Shown here in pieces: positions 36,201-50,800 of a stretch of DNA of 64,000 nucleotides. The first letter of the stretch is position 1, and every line of letters starts with the position of its first letter. Source of the stretch: Macrostomum lignano (Eukaryota); assembly GCA_002269645.1 (NCBI GenBank), contig NIVC01000137.1, positions 310,001 through 374,000 of the forward strand, given 5' to 3'. The notes beneath the pieces were generated by a model that had not been told where the DNA came from, ran no database searches, and saw nothing but the letters and a program-made list of their open reading frames with translations. The position numbers and the translations under genes are program-made.

Positions 36201-36352
36201 TCAAGGCTCTGGCGTCTGCGGCAGCCACGGCGCCTGACGCTGTCGCTGCCGCCTTTGCCGAAGAATTCGGTGACAGTGACGTCGCTGGTGGGGACGGCGT
36301 TAACAACCAGATGAAATCCAAGGCGATGATCGCTGCTGCCGACTGTGGACTG
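33245..36352 (+). CDS. Two putative exons (33245-33421, 36104-36352) of an unidentified gene
   Basis: ctctcacag| ... cag|gtgaaa and tacag| ... ctg|gtgagt; both phase 0 and in frame; no recognisable domain. Confidence 0.45.
33447..36103. repeat. Compound intronic minisatellite: 23/21-bp AATCGTGTGTGTCTGTGTACATC then 21-bp GTACATCACTCGTGTCTGGGT
   Basis: Direct tandem copies; switch at ~35485. Confidence 0.95.
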
Positions 36353-36357
36353 GTGAG

Positions 36358-36840
36358 TCTCTGGCGCTCATTAATTTGGGCTGGGAGTGAAGTCGGAGTG
36401 ACTCATGGCGCTCATTAATTTGGGCTGGGAGTGAAGTCGGAGTGACTCATGGCGCTCATTAATTTGGGCTGGGAGTGAAGTCGGAGTGACTCATGGCGCT
36501 CATTAATTTGGGCTGGGAGTGAAGTCGGAGTGACTCATGGCGCTCATTAATTTGGGCTTGGAGTGAAGTCGGAGTGACTGGCGCTCATTAATTTGGGCTG
36601 GGAGTGAAGTCGGAGTGACTGGCGCTCATTAATTTGGGCTGGGAGTGAAGTCGGAGTGACTGGCGCTCATTAATTTGGGCTTGGAGTGAAGTCGGAGTGA
36701 CTCATGGCGCTCATTAATTTGGGCTGGGAGTGAAGTCGGAGTGACTGGCGCTCATTAATTTGGGCTTGGAGTGAAGTCGGAGTGACTGGCGCTCATTAAT
36801 TTGGGCTGGGAGTGAAGTCGGAGTGACTCATGGCGCTCAT
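36358..36840. repeat. 44/41-bp tandem repeat GGCGCTCATTAATTTGGGCTGGGAGTGAAGTCGGAGTGACT(CAT)
   Basis: About 11 direct copies. Confidence 0.95.
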
Positions 36841-36860
36841 TATCAGTGTTGAGGAAACCG

Positions 36861-37146
36861 GGTTTTAGCCCAGTGGTTAGAGCGTCGGACTTACGACTTG
36901 AAGGTCGGGGGTTCGATTCTCGACGACCCACTCGGAAAAATTTGTGTCCTTGATCAAGACACTTAACTCTGCATTGCTGCAGTTCACTCAGCGATAAAAT
37001 GGGTGCCAGCATTAGCTGGGGTAATTGAGGGCCTGTGTGGTGACCCCCCAGTCCTTGGACTGAACAGCCGTACGCAGCAATAGATGCGCCGCGCAATAGC
37101 TGCGGCTGAGCTGTCGGTTGCACATCTGGCCCAATTGAGGCAGGTG
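36861..37146 (+). mobile_element. tRNA-derived CORE-like SINE, copy 2
   Basis: A box TAGCCCAGTGG, B box GGTTCGATTC, CORE-like GTCCTTGATCAAGACACTTAAC...CAGTTCAC..TAAAATGGG. Confidence 0.85.
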
Positions 37147-37623
37147 CTGACAGTGGGACGAGTGAGTGGCACCTGTTTTGGTGTCATTTAAAGAAGACTT
37201 TTAATGAAAATTTACATAAACTTCCTATTGCGAGGAACTCTTGATAAAATTAATTTTTTCAAGTTTTCAATAATGTTACAAGATAGCATAAAATGCAAGT
37301 TTTGCTTTCATAATATTCGCTAATTGAAGTTATTTCAAGACTTAAGTAGAAGCAGTATCGCAAAAATCAACTGTTTCGTATTGAAATAACAAACTGCACA
37401 AGTTAACGATTTTAAAAAAATGTTTAAAACGAAAGGAATGCCTTATGCAACAAACTATTTTACCAAGAAATTCCAATCTATTTTTTTCGGGGGCTTGTGA
37501 AGTTTGAAGAAAATTTTTAAATACAAAAGCGGCAACCGTCTCAATTAGAACAACATGGAAATAACAACGATATTATCGAGTATTGTTTGCTACTGAGATC
37601 GTTTAACCCAAACTAAAGCTATA

Positions 37624-39764
<2,141 letters not shown>

Positions 39765-40089
39765 TTGCCCGCAGTCTGTGTACTTGACTGAAAATTCAAA
39801 TTGACGCCCAACGCGCCGATTCGAATTTATTTGATTTAAACAAATTTTATCGATAACACTGTCATCTGATTATAAATAAACAAACAAACAGAGTTAGGCA
39901 AATTGTTTCTTGAGAGGAATGCATTATGTGCGAATGACTTCATGCTTAGACTCTGGTGTGTTAATCCACCAGGATTATCGATAGACGCGATTTAAATATT
40001 AATAACTCATGCACACGGTCACACGGTGTGTACAGCGGCACTATGACTGTCTTAAAGCCCTTCAAATGAGTGTGCCGCGCACGGAATCG

Positions 40090-40570
40090 AACCAGGGGGA
40101 CCTGGGGAACCAGGGGAACAGGGAGAACCAGGGGGACCAGGGGGGACCAAGGGAATCAGGGGAAGCAGGGGAACCAGGGGAACCAGGGGGACAGGGAGAA
40201 CCAGGAGAACCATGGGAACCAGGGGAACCAGGGGGGACCAAGGGAATCAGGGGAACCAGGAGAACCAGGGGAACCAGGGGAACCAGGAAAAACCAGGGGG
40301 ACAGGGAGAACCAGGAGAACCATGGGAACCAGGGGGACCAGGAGAACCAGGGGAACCAGGGGGACCAGGAGAACCAGGAGAACCAGGAAAACCATGGGAA
40401 CCAGGGGGACCAGGAGAACCAGGGGAACCAGGGGGACCAGGGGAACCAGGGAAACCAGGAGAACCAGGGGAACCAGGGGGACCAGGGGAACCAGGGGGGA
40501 CCAGGGAAACCAGGGGAACCAGGGGAACCAGGGGAACCAGGGGAACCAGGGGTTCCAGGGCAACCAGGAT
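40090..40570. repeat. 9-bp GGGGAACCA minisatellite
   Basis: Direct tandem copies with indels. Confidence 0.9.
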
Positions 40571-40842
40571 AACTATGGGTCAATGTTTAACTCGATAATT
40601 TCAATAACAAGCGACCTCTTGGATAACCGGTTTGACTGCAGTTTTAAGTATATGTTGTTAGACAAAAATTGTTACAACAATTAACTACTAGATAAAGGGT
40701 TTTTAGTGATTCAGTTATTGATCTGTCTGTGCTAGAACGTGTTAGATAAGAGATGATGGGTGATGAGGATAAAGTACGTGTTAGACAAATGTCAAATCTA
40801 AAACGGCGCATAAATTTCCCCTGCTGTATACTCGCCAATCAG

Positions 40843-43342
40843 GTGCCAAACGGTGATCGCGAGTTCGAATCTGCCGCGCAGCCGCTGTCGAGTCTCCTGC
40901 CGCAGCCTCTGAAGCCCCTGACGCCGCCGCGGCCGACATCTTCGCCTCCAGCTGTGCCGGCTGTCTCGGCCCTCGGTCTCAGCCTCGCCGTCGGATTTCA
41001 ATGCGGCGGCCTTCGACACGGCTGGTCGGCTCTGGTGACCGCGGTGCCAGCCGCTCAGGGCCAGCCACCCGCCTCGACTTCGCCGCAGTTCGACTGGTGC
41101 TCTAGCGGGGACACCAGCTTGGAGTGAGTGCTGAGATGCGAAGGCATTGCTCGGGTCGTAAAAGGCCTCGATGAGGTTGCGAGGTACTGCGAGGGAGCCA
41201 GAGAACCTAACTGGCCTTTCTCAGTTCAAGAGGTGTCACTGAACTCATATACACACTCACACACACGCTCACACAGGGTGTACATGTACAGCGGCCCTTT
41301 GACTTTCTAATCGTCAGGCCATGTACACTCTCTTTGCCTTTGGGGTTGGCCCAGCTCATAGCTGCATGTAGATCGCACGACAAGCCCCCCCCCATTGGCC
41401 CAAGTCAACGAGAAACAGATCATTGGTATCTACAACCAATAAAGCCAAGCCAGACTTATTCAGCACCCCACACTGCAACCAACAGCTACTTGGTGATGGC
41501 AACATTTTCGAGCGAGTCACCGCAGCAGCAGCAACTTGAAGGCGGCGAGAGAAGCAGGAAAAAGCGCTTCATCACTTTGACCAAATATCCGCTCAAAGGG
41601 CAGCCTGTGCAGCTGCCACCAGCTTCCTCGAGCGGCAATCGAAAGAAACAATCCTCGATCCCATCAGCGTCCGAGGTTCGAATCTTGACTGCTCAAGCTG
41701 AAACGTCCGTGGCCTGCAACGGCAGACTGATAGGACTCTACTGCACCGCTGGCTACGTTGCCATGGCAATTCGTCAGCGAGACAATAATATTAAAATTCG
41801 AGTTTACAATTGCGACCTGTGGCCAATCAGCTCGGAGCAGCTGCTGCGAAATCCCAGCTTAGTCAGGGAAGCCACCGAGGCAGGCGACATTGTCAACGAG
41901 AAAGTGCAGTGCCTCACTGTTGACAAAGCCGAGCAGACTCTGATGTACTTTCACACCTACAGGCTGATCAGCGCTGGGAACAAGCAGATGCGAAGGTATG
42001 GGGAACAGTGTGTGTGGGGTGTGGGAACAGTGTGTGTGAGGTATGGGGAACAGTGTGTGTGGGGTATGGGGAACAGTGTGTGTGGGGTATGGGGAACAGT
42101 GTGTGTGGGGTATGGGGAACAGTGTGTGTGGGGTATGGGGAACAGTGTGTGTGGGGTATGGGGAACAGTGTGTGTGGGGTATGGGGAACAGTGTGTGTGG
42201 GGTATGGGGAACAGTGTGTGTGGGGTATGGGGAACAGTGTGTGTGGGGTATGGGGAACAGTGTGTGTGGGGTATGGGGAACAGTGTGTGTGAGGTATGGG
42301 GAACAGTGTGTGTGGGGTATGGGGAACAGTGTGTGTGGGTTATGGGGAACAGTCTGTGGGTGGTATGGGAACAGTGTGTGTGGGGTATGGGGAACAGTGT
42401 GTGTGGGGTGTGGGGAACAGTGTGTGGGGTGTGGGGAACTGTGTGTGGGGTATGGGGAACAGTCTGTGGGTGGTATGGGATACAGTTCATACCAATATAA
42501 CACAGTGGCACAGTGGTACTGGGGAACAGTTATTGCATATTTACCGAACGCGGATCCCCATCCCATGCAGGCTCTGCAGCATCAGCCTGCCCGACCTGCA
42601 GGTCCATCGCCGTCTCCAGCTAAAAGACGACGTCAAATCAATCAAAGTTGGCAGCAAATTTTTTGCACTGTACTTTCGCGACTGCCGCCTGGCCGTGTAC
42701 TGCAAATCCAGCCGGTCGGTTGTGTTTGAATTCTCCGCGCAGAAGCTCGGCTGCCTGTTCCTACCTGGCGACACATTCGAGCTGGACAGTCAGGACAGGC
42801 TGGTGGAGGTCTCAGAGAAGCGGGTCCGCAGCCTGTTCTACAACGGCGTCACCTACCGGGACTGCGACTGCGCCAACCTGCAGGAGCTCATCAGCGGCGG
42901 CAGGCGGCGGCTGATTGGTCGGCGAGCGGAGTTCTACGAAGCACTGCAGTGCCACTTAGCCACCCTGCGCCTCGGGCAGCAGCAGCAGCAACAGCAGCAA
43001 CATCACCAGCCCCAGAGTCTGCAACACCAGCAGCACCAGCCAACAATTCACACTGCAGGCAATAGCGGAGGCGGCTGCAGCAGGCGGGCCTGCACAATGA
43101 AAACCCGGATGCGGGTGAACACGAAACTACTGCGCAGGGTTGAGCAGCATCTGTGCACCGCCGCGATCGAGCAGCAGAGAAGACCGACGGCTCTGCCAAT
43201 ACTGGTGTGCGAGGATGCCTTCTGGCTGGAGGCAGTGGTGGCTGGAGCTGCTGACCCGGTGGGAATTCATCAGACAGCCCCTGATTCCCAGCAGCAGCAG
43301 CAGCAAAAGCTAGCAAAACAGCCATTAAAGAAGCGCAGTTGA
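40843..43342 (+). CDS. Unidentified multi-exon gene (exons ~40843-41123, ~41486-41995, 42571-43342); beta-strand-rich, possibly propeller-like, with polyQ
   Basis: Phase-consistent GT-AG sites (ttgga|gtgagt, cgaag|gtatgg, catgcag|g). Long non-repetitive open frames; stop at 43342; 5' exons not found. Confidence 0.6.
41996..42480. repeat. 23-bp intronic repeat GTATGGGGAACAGTGTGTGTGGG starting at the splice donor
   Basis: Direct tandem copies. Confidence 0.95.
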
Positions 43343-44488
43343 AACAAACTCGTCTTTCAGTAAGATAAAACTAATTAGAGTTGCAGCAAGTTCAAAGAGT
43401 ACTTTTATTTACTAGATTCAGTTTCATTTGGCACCTTATTAAACTCTTCTTTACAGAAGTATATTGCATAAAAATATAAGCAAAGAGAGATATTATATTG
43501 GCTGAAATAAGCGGTGCAACTTTAAGTACCAATTAACCAATTAAGTTATTAAGGACTAACTTTTAATGCTTTAGTTTAGCTACAGGAAAGTAAAAATAGT
43601 ATAAATTAGTTTCTATTTGCAAATATAGTCTTTGTGAATACTAAGGTTTTATAAGGCTACTCTTAGACAATTAGTGAAATATTTAAAGTAGCAGAACACG
43701 AACTGGTGTCTTAATGCCTTTTTAATTTATTATTTAAATATTTAAACACGACCGCTCCTTTTAATTAGCAGAAGTTTTTGAATCGGTGCCGAAGAATAGG
43801 TAAAAAGTATTTTTTTTAAACAAAAACTATGAGAAGAAAATGAGTTTAATAGAAATGCTACTTAGAAAAAGTTTTCCATTAAGTAGTATATGGATCGGAA
43901 ATAAATATAAACACTAAATATACTATCAGCGTAATATAAATGTAAAAAAATTTAACTAAATAATTGGAAATAGAAGAAATAGGTGACTTTAAAAGTTACT
44001 TGATTGGTTAAAACTTAACAAGTCAACCGGAATATAAGTCGGGGTGAACACTTTGATTTATGGTATGGAAAAATATTATAAAGATTATTATTTGCTAGCT
44101 CAATTATTGATAACTTTAAAGAGCAAGCAAGTTGTATTGAAATCAATAAATTTGTGCGGCAATAAGAGGAAAAATAGAAACCATGCACTTTAATTTTTCT
44201 GTAACAAAAATATCCGTATAAACTACTTAAAGATTGCGTCATCACTAGTAGCTAAGAAAGTGTTTTGAAACCCATTTTGATAAATAAGACTAACTTGTGC
44301 TGTCTAAATAAATACTTGTGAGTCGATTTTTATTGGTTTTTATCATTTTTAGAGATTTTTATCAACACAGTCGTAAGCGCAGTAAAAAGTAAAATTAATT
44401 TCCTTCAAACTACTTAGATGATTGCGTCATTATAAGTAGTAAACTAAGAGTTTCACAATCGATATTAATTATGAAATGAAAAAACTGC

Positions 44489-44871
44489 TCAGAGATCCGG
44501 CTGCCAGCCGCCGTAGGTTCGAGCCAGTAAGGCGGGGTCGGTTGCCATGTCAACCAGTAGCTCGGCCTGCTGCATAGGCACCAGCCTCTCAGCTGCATCT
44601 CCACCGCCGACACTGATTCTTCGCCGATCGATAACAGCCAGCATGCCGGACGTGTAGGGCTTGCCTCGGTGCCGGTCTAACAGCAGCTCCGACTTCAGTG
44701 TCTGGCAAGGATGCGCGCCGGACAGTTTCTGGCGAACCACCTGCAGCTTCTCGGTGCTGAACCAGCGTTCGGGACAGGAGAAGCTGGCGATTGAGCCGCT
44801 GCCGCCGGCTGCCGCAGATGAGGCTGAAGCTGACTTGGAGCCCGCGCGATGTTCGCTGGTGTCCCAGGCGG
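44489..44871 (-). CDS. PRKDC: DNA-PKcs last exon (FATC domain)
   Basis: WFSTEKLQVVRQKLSGAHP ... DMATDPALLARTYGGWQPDL*. Confidence 0.93.
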
Positions 44872-47800
44872 CTGTTGGTTTTGAAATTGGATTTGAATAA
44901 TTTCTAGCATTTTTATGGGATATTCTAGCATGGGATTATTTAAGATTTTTTAGAATCTTTTACAAAAGGATTATTTAGGATTTTGGAATAACTTAGCAGG
45001 GAATTATTTGGGATCTTTTGGGATATTCTGGCATGGGATTATTTGGGATTTTTAAGGATATTCTAGCATGGGATTATTTGGGATTTTTAGGGATATTCTG
45101 GCATGGGATAATTCAATATTTTTAGGGATATTCTAGCATGGGATTATTTGGGATTTTTAGGGATATTCTAGCATGGGATAATTCAAAGGGATATTCTAGC
45201 ATGGGATTATTTAGGATTTTTAGGGATATTCTAACATGGGATTATTTGGAATTTTTAGGGATATTCTACTCGTAGCATGGGATAATTAAATATTTCTGGG
45301 GATATTCTAGCAATCGATTATTTTAGCATCTTTTGATATTCTACAGCATAGGATAAAATGGGACGATTGTTACGATTTGGGGATAAAAAAAGAAAAGAAT
45401 CCTCACCAGATGACTCCCTGTGCGCGGCAGTCAGCATGCCAGCCAGCTGCTTCCAGTCAGCTGAAACGTCATTAATAAAGACCTGCAGGACTGACAGCAC
45501 CAGCTCCCGTTCGCGCCTGAGAGCAGCCAGGCAGTGACCCAGGCACCGCACGAAAGCCCCCTGACTGGGCGGCAGCGGCCCCATGGCGCCGCAGATCTGC
45601 CTTGTCAGCCGGAACGGCACCAGCTCCGGGGTGGGCAGAAATGTGATCGCAGTGCCAAAGGCGTAACCGAAATCAATGCCAATCATTTTACCGCTGTCCA
45701 GACACAGCATATAGTTGGACATGTGCCTGTCGCCTACTGACAGTAGCCAGTGTGCGCCGCACATTGCCGCGTGACTTCTCACCAGGGTGTCACGCATAGC
45801 GTAATAGGCCTCCCAGCTGCTGGATAACTGACGGAGACCTCTGGCAAGCAGGCAGTCAGGTACACAGTCCAGCAGCGGTTGGAAATTTCGTTGAACAACT
45901 TGCTGATCTGACAGGGTGTACAACTTGCAGTGATCATTAGATACGAACTTGCAGTAGTCAAGAGACTGTTTGGAGTGACTTCGCTGCTCAGCTGCGGACA
46001 TCTGGTGCACCAGAAAGTCTTTGTAAGGCTGAGTGCGCTCGAGCCATTCAAGGATGCCCAGGTCGGGACTGAGGGGCACCACCTGCGGGCATTGGTCGGT
46101 TGGGTTGGTGGGTTTTAATCTCATAATTGAGAATCCCCAAAAATCAATATAAATCCCATAATTGAGAATCCCCAGAAATCAATATAAATCCCATAATTGA
46201 GAATCCCCAGAAATCAATAGAAGTCCAATAATTGAAAATCCCAAAAATTAATAAAAATCACACAACTAAGAATCCCTCGAAATCAATAGAAATCCCATAA
46301 CTAAGAATCCCCATAAAAATCAATAGAAATCCCTAATCCCTAAATTAATAATCCCAAAAATAACAGAAATCCCATAGAAATCCCATAATAAATAATCCCA
46401 AAAAATCAATAGAAATCCAATGATTGAGCATCGCACCTGATAGGTGACCAGACTCAGCCGCCGCAGCCGGCACTGGATGTCCCTCTGCAGCAGGGAGTTG
46501 AACAGTCCCAGAGCCTGCTGGATTCGCTGGTCCTGTCGAAGGTCCTCGCCGGCCTTCACCAGGTATGGCCGGTCCCGCTGGTCGTTGCCGCGGATCGTCA
46601 GCCGGTGCGGCCGACGCAGAGACGACATCACTCGGACTGTGTCGCCGAAGCCGGCGATGCGAGTGTGCAGCTCCGGCTGCGGCTTCGCCAGGGAGGCCGT
46701 CAGGCTGTCCCGGCACTGACGGGGGGGCGAGGGCGACAGGGGTGATATGGTGAAGACTGGCCTGCTTACCCTGCGATTCACCAACTCACTCACTTGCTTA
46801 ATTACTCACTCACTCAATCACTCACTCACTCACTCACTCACTCACCCACTCACTCACTCACTCACTCACTCACTCAATCACTCACTCACCCACTCACTCA
46901 CTCACTCACTCATTCACTCAATCACTCACTCACTTAATCACTCACTCACTCAATCACTCACTCACTCACTCACTTACTCACTCACTCAATCACTCACTCA
47001 CTCACTCACTCACTCACTCACTCAATCACTCACTGACTCACCCACTCACTCACTCACTCACTCACTCACTCACTGACTCACCCACTCACTCACTCACTCA
47101 CTCATTCACTCAATCACTCACTCACTCAATCACTCACTCACTCACTCACTCACTCACTCACTCACTCACTCACTCACTGACTCACCCACTCACTCACTCA
47201 CTCACTCACTCACTCACTCACTCACTCACTCACTCACTCACTCACTCACTCACTCACTCACTCACTCACTCACTCACTCACTCACCTGATACTGTCCAGG
47301 GACCTCCAGATAAGCGTCGCCGTGCTCGGTCGCAGCGAACTCGGCCAGCCAGGTGCTGAAGTCGGCCAGCCGGGCAGTGGCAACGCTGGACGAGTCGCGC
47401 TCGTCTCGAACCCGCTTCCACAGCTTGCCAACAGCGCGCTGCAGCTCCGCCTCCGACCGGATGCCGACCAGCCGGTCAGCGGTCGGCAGGGCGGCCAGAA
47501 ACTCGCGCCGATGGCGGGCGGCAAACTCCCGACGTAGCCGGCCGTGACTGCCGGCTTGCGGGCCGTCGGGGTCGAAGAACAGCTGGTCGATGGCCTCGGC
47601 GTGCAGTTCGCGAAGGCGCTCAGTCTGACCGATGGAGCGCTTGGCGCTGGACAGCCAGTCCAGGGCTGTGCAGGCGGGCAGGCACACCTGCCGCAGGCGT
47701 AAGGAGAGGCGAGTTTTCTTGTCACTCTCTTGGGGATAACAGTGAGTGACAGTTACTTCTAGTCACTCTGGGGACAACATAAAAAGAGTTTTCTAGTCAC

Positions 47801-50800
47801 TCTGGAGACAACACAACAATGACCGAGTTTTCTAGTCACTCTGGAGACAACACAACAATGACCGAGTTTTCTAGTCACTCTGGAGACAGCACAGCAATGA
47901 CCGAGTTTTCTAGTCACCCTGGAGACAGCACAGCAATGACCGGATTTTCTAGTCACTCTGGAGACAGCAATGACCGGATTTTCTAGTCACTCTGGAGACA
48001 GCAATGACCGGATTTTCTAGTCACTCTGGAGACAGCAATGACCGGATTTTCTAGTCACTCTGGAGACAGCAATGACCGGATTTCCTTGTCACTCTGGAGA
48101 CAGCAATGACCGGATTTCCTTGTCACTCTGGAGACAGCAATGACCGGATTCTCTAGTCACTCTGGAGACAGCAATGGCCGGATTTCCTGGTCACTCTGGA
48201 GACAGCAATGACCGGATTTTCTAGTCACTCTGGAGACAGCAATGACCTAATTTTCTAGTCACTCACCTCTCCCATCTGGGCGATGAACTCCTCAACCAGC
48301 GGCAGTCGCCTCAGCCGTTGCCACAGCCGTTCAGCCGCCTGCCGAGCGCCCGAGTCGCCGGTCTCGAATCGATAATTGGCCCTGGCCAATCGGAACGGAT
48401 AGACCAGAGCGGCTGGATAGATATCGCACACTGACTCGAGCAGAGGCAGCACTGCCGAGCCGCCCTGGTCCGGTTTGTCCAGCAGCGACACCAGCTGCGG
48501 CAGCCAGGGCAGGGACAGCCACACCGGCACCGACGCCATCTGACGGCTGAACCGCGAGGACAAAGACTCGTCAGCGGGATTCTGGGATGCCTCATCATCA
48601 GCTGACTCGCCTAGAAGGCAGAGCAGCCTGGGGAATCTGATTGAGGCCTCTTGACTGCCGCAGCGCATTGCCGAGGTCACCGAGTCCACGGCTTGGGCGC
48701 GGAGAGCGGCTCGGAACTGCTGCGGCTGCTGGTTGGGCGCTGCTTCTAGTAGACAGGAGTCGCAGAAACGGATCTGCGAGTGGAGAAAAACAACTATATA
48801 AAACTTTCAAAACAGAGGAGTTCGAGGATAGCAGAAGCAGAAAGGGCCCACAGTTGACTGCCCAAACCCTACACTAACCCTAAGCCCCACCCTAACCCAA
48901 ACCCTAAGCCCCACCCTAACCCAAACCCTAAACCATACCCTAACCCAAACCCTAAGCCCCACCCACCCAAACCCTAAACCTTACCTTAACCCAAACCCTA
49001 AACCTTACCTTAACCCAAACCCTAAACCTTACCCTAACCCAAAACCAAAACCCTACCCTAATCCGAACCCCAAACCCCACCCTAACCCAAACCCTAAACC
49101 CTACCCTAAACCATACCCTAACCCAAATCCTAAACCCTACCTTAACTTATCCTAAATCCTACCTTAACCCAAACTCTACCACTAACTCTAATCTAACTAA
49201 TAAAATTCGTAATATCTATTCTAGATTTTCTACGAAACTCCGAGAGGATAAAGAGTAGAAAAACAAATAAAACAAAATCCATTCATGTTGTAACAGGAAA
49301 TACCTGCATAGACTGCCAATAAATATTTTTTAAATCTTTTTTGACAGCGGTAAACTTGTAACGGAGAAATAAAAACAAATAAAAAAACCCGAAAAAAATC
49401 CCGAGGCCTCACCAGCTCCAAGTGGCACTGTAGACTCGAGCTGCCGACATCCGCAAAGCCTACGCCATCTGCTTTAGAAGCAGCCGATTGCAAATTACTC
49501 AAAGCCGATTTATCGAACGCCTCAGCTTCCGCTCTCATGTTTGCCTGCCCAGTCGATGGCGGTGATGACGCCAATTGAATCCTCAGCAGCGCGGCCGACG
49601 CTCTGTCGCAGAGTCCCGCCGCCAGCAGCTCCTCCCAGGTCGGCGACGGCGAGATGAGCTGGAATTGAGGATTTTTTATGTAATTTTGTCGCTTAATACG
49701 AGTCGTACATGTCGGTTTATGTCGTTCAATGTGTTGGTCAATGTGTCGCTTAAATACGTCGGTCAATGTGTCGCTTATAGTGTCGGTCAATGTGTCGCTT
49801 ATAGTGTCGGTCAATGTGTCACTTATAGTGTCGGTCAATGTGTCGCTTATAGTGTCGGTCAATGTGTCGCTTATATTGTCGGTCAATGTGTCGCTTATAG
49901 TGTCGGTCAATGTGTCGCTTATAGTGTCGGTCAATGTGTCGCTTATATTGTCGGTCAATGTGTCACTTATAGTGTCGGTCAATGTGTCGCTTATAGTGTC
50001 GGTCAACGTGTCGCTTATAGTGTCGGTCAATGTGTCGCCTAAATTGTCGGTCAATGTGTCACTTATAGTGTCGGTCAATGTGTCGCTTATAGTGTCGCTT
50101 ATAGTGTCGGTCAATGTGTCGCCTAAATTGTCGGTCAATGTGTCGCTTATAGTGTCGCTTATAGTGTCGGTCAATGTGTCACTTATAGTGTCGGTCAATG
50201 TGTCACTTATAGTGTCGGTCAATGTTTCGCTTATAGTGTCGGTCAATGTGTCGCTTATAGTGTCGGTCAATGTGTCGGTCAATGTGTCGCTTATAGTGTC
50301 GGTCAATGTGTCGCTTATAGTGTCGCTTATAGTGTCGGTCAATGTGTCGCTTATAGTGTCGGTCACTGTGTCACTTATAGTGTCGGTCAATGTGTCGCTT
50401 ATAGTGTCGCTTATAGTGTCGGTCAATGTGTCGCTTAAATTGTCGGTCAATGTGTCGGTCAATGTGTCGCTTAAATTGTCGGTCAATGTGTCGGTCAATG
50501 TGTCGCTTATAGTGTCGGTCAATGTGTCGCTTATGGTGTCGCTTATAGTGTCGGTCAATGTGTCGCTTAAATTGTCGGTCAATGTGTCGGTCAATGTGTC
50601 GCTTATAGTGTCGGTCAATGTGTCGCTTATAGTGTCGCTTATAGTGTCGGTCAATGTGTCGCTTATAGTGTCGGTCACTGTGTCACTTATAGTGTCGGTC
50701 AATGTGTCGCTTATAGTGTCGCTTATAGTGTCGGTCAATGTGTCGCTTAAATTGTCGGTCAATGTGTCGGTCAATGTGTCGCTTAAATTGTCGGTCAATG

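Noticed and set aside
36104-36352. Minus-strand reading DHRLGFHLVV...WMLGLWNADSVTW
   Set aside because: Splice signals and phase continuity fit the plus strand better (cag| and |gtgagt); not fully excluded.
33047-36418. 1123-aa and other long Cys/Val-rich ORFs
   Set aside because: Read-through of stop-free minisatellite: several frames are open simultaneously and the translation is pure repeat.
36861-36935. tRNA-Val-like gene (also near 39050 and 33100)
   Set aside because: It is a SINE head: no proper acceptor stem, the anticodon varies between copies, and it is followed by CORE-like sequence.
40009-40684. Collagen-like (GEP)n ORFs
   Set aside because: Derived from a 9-bp GGGGAACCA repeat. 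The Gly-X-Y frame jumps between frames, Trp appears at Gly positions, and there is no signal or C-propeptide context.
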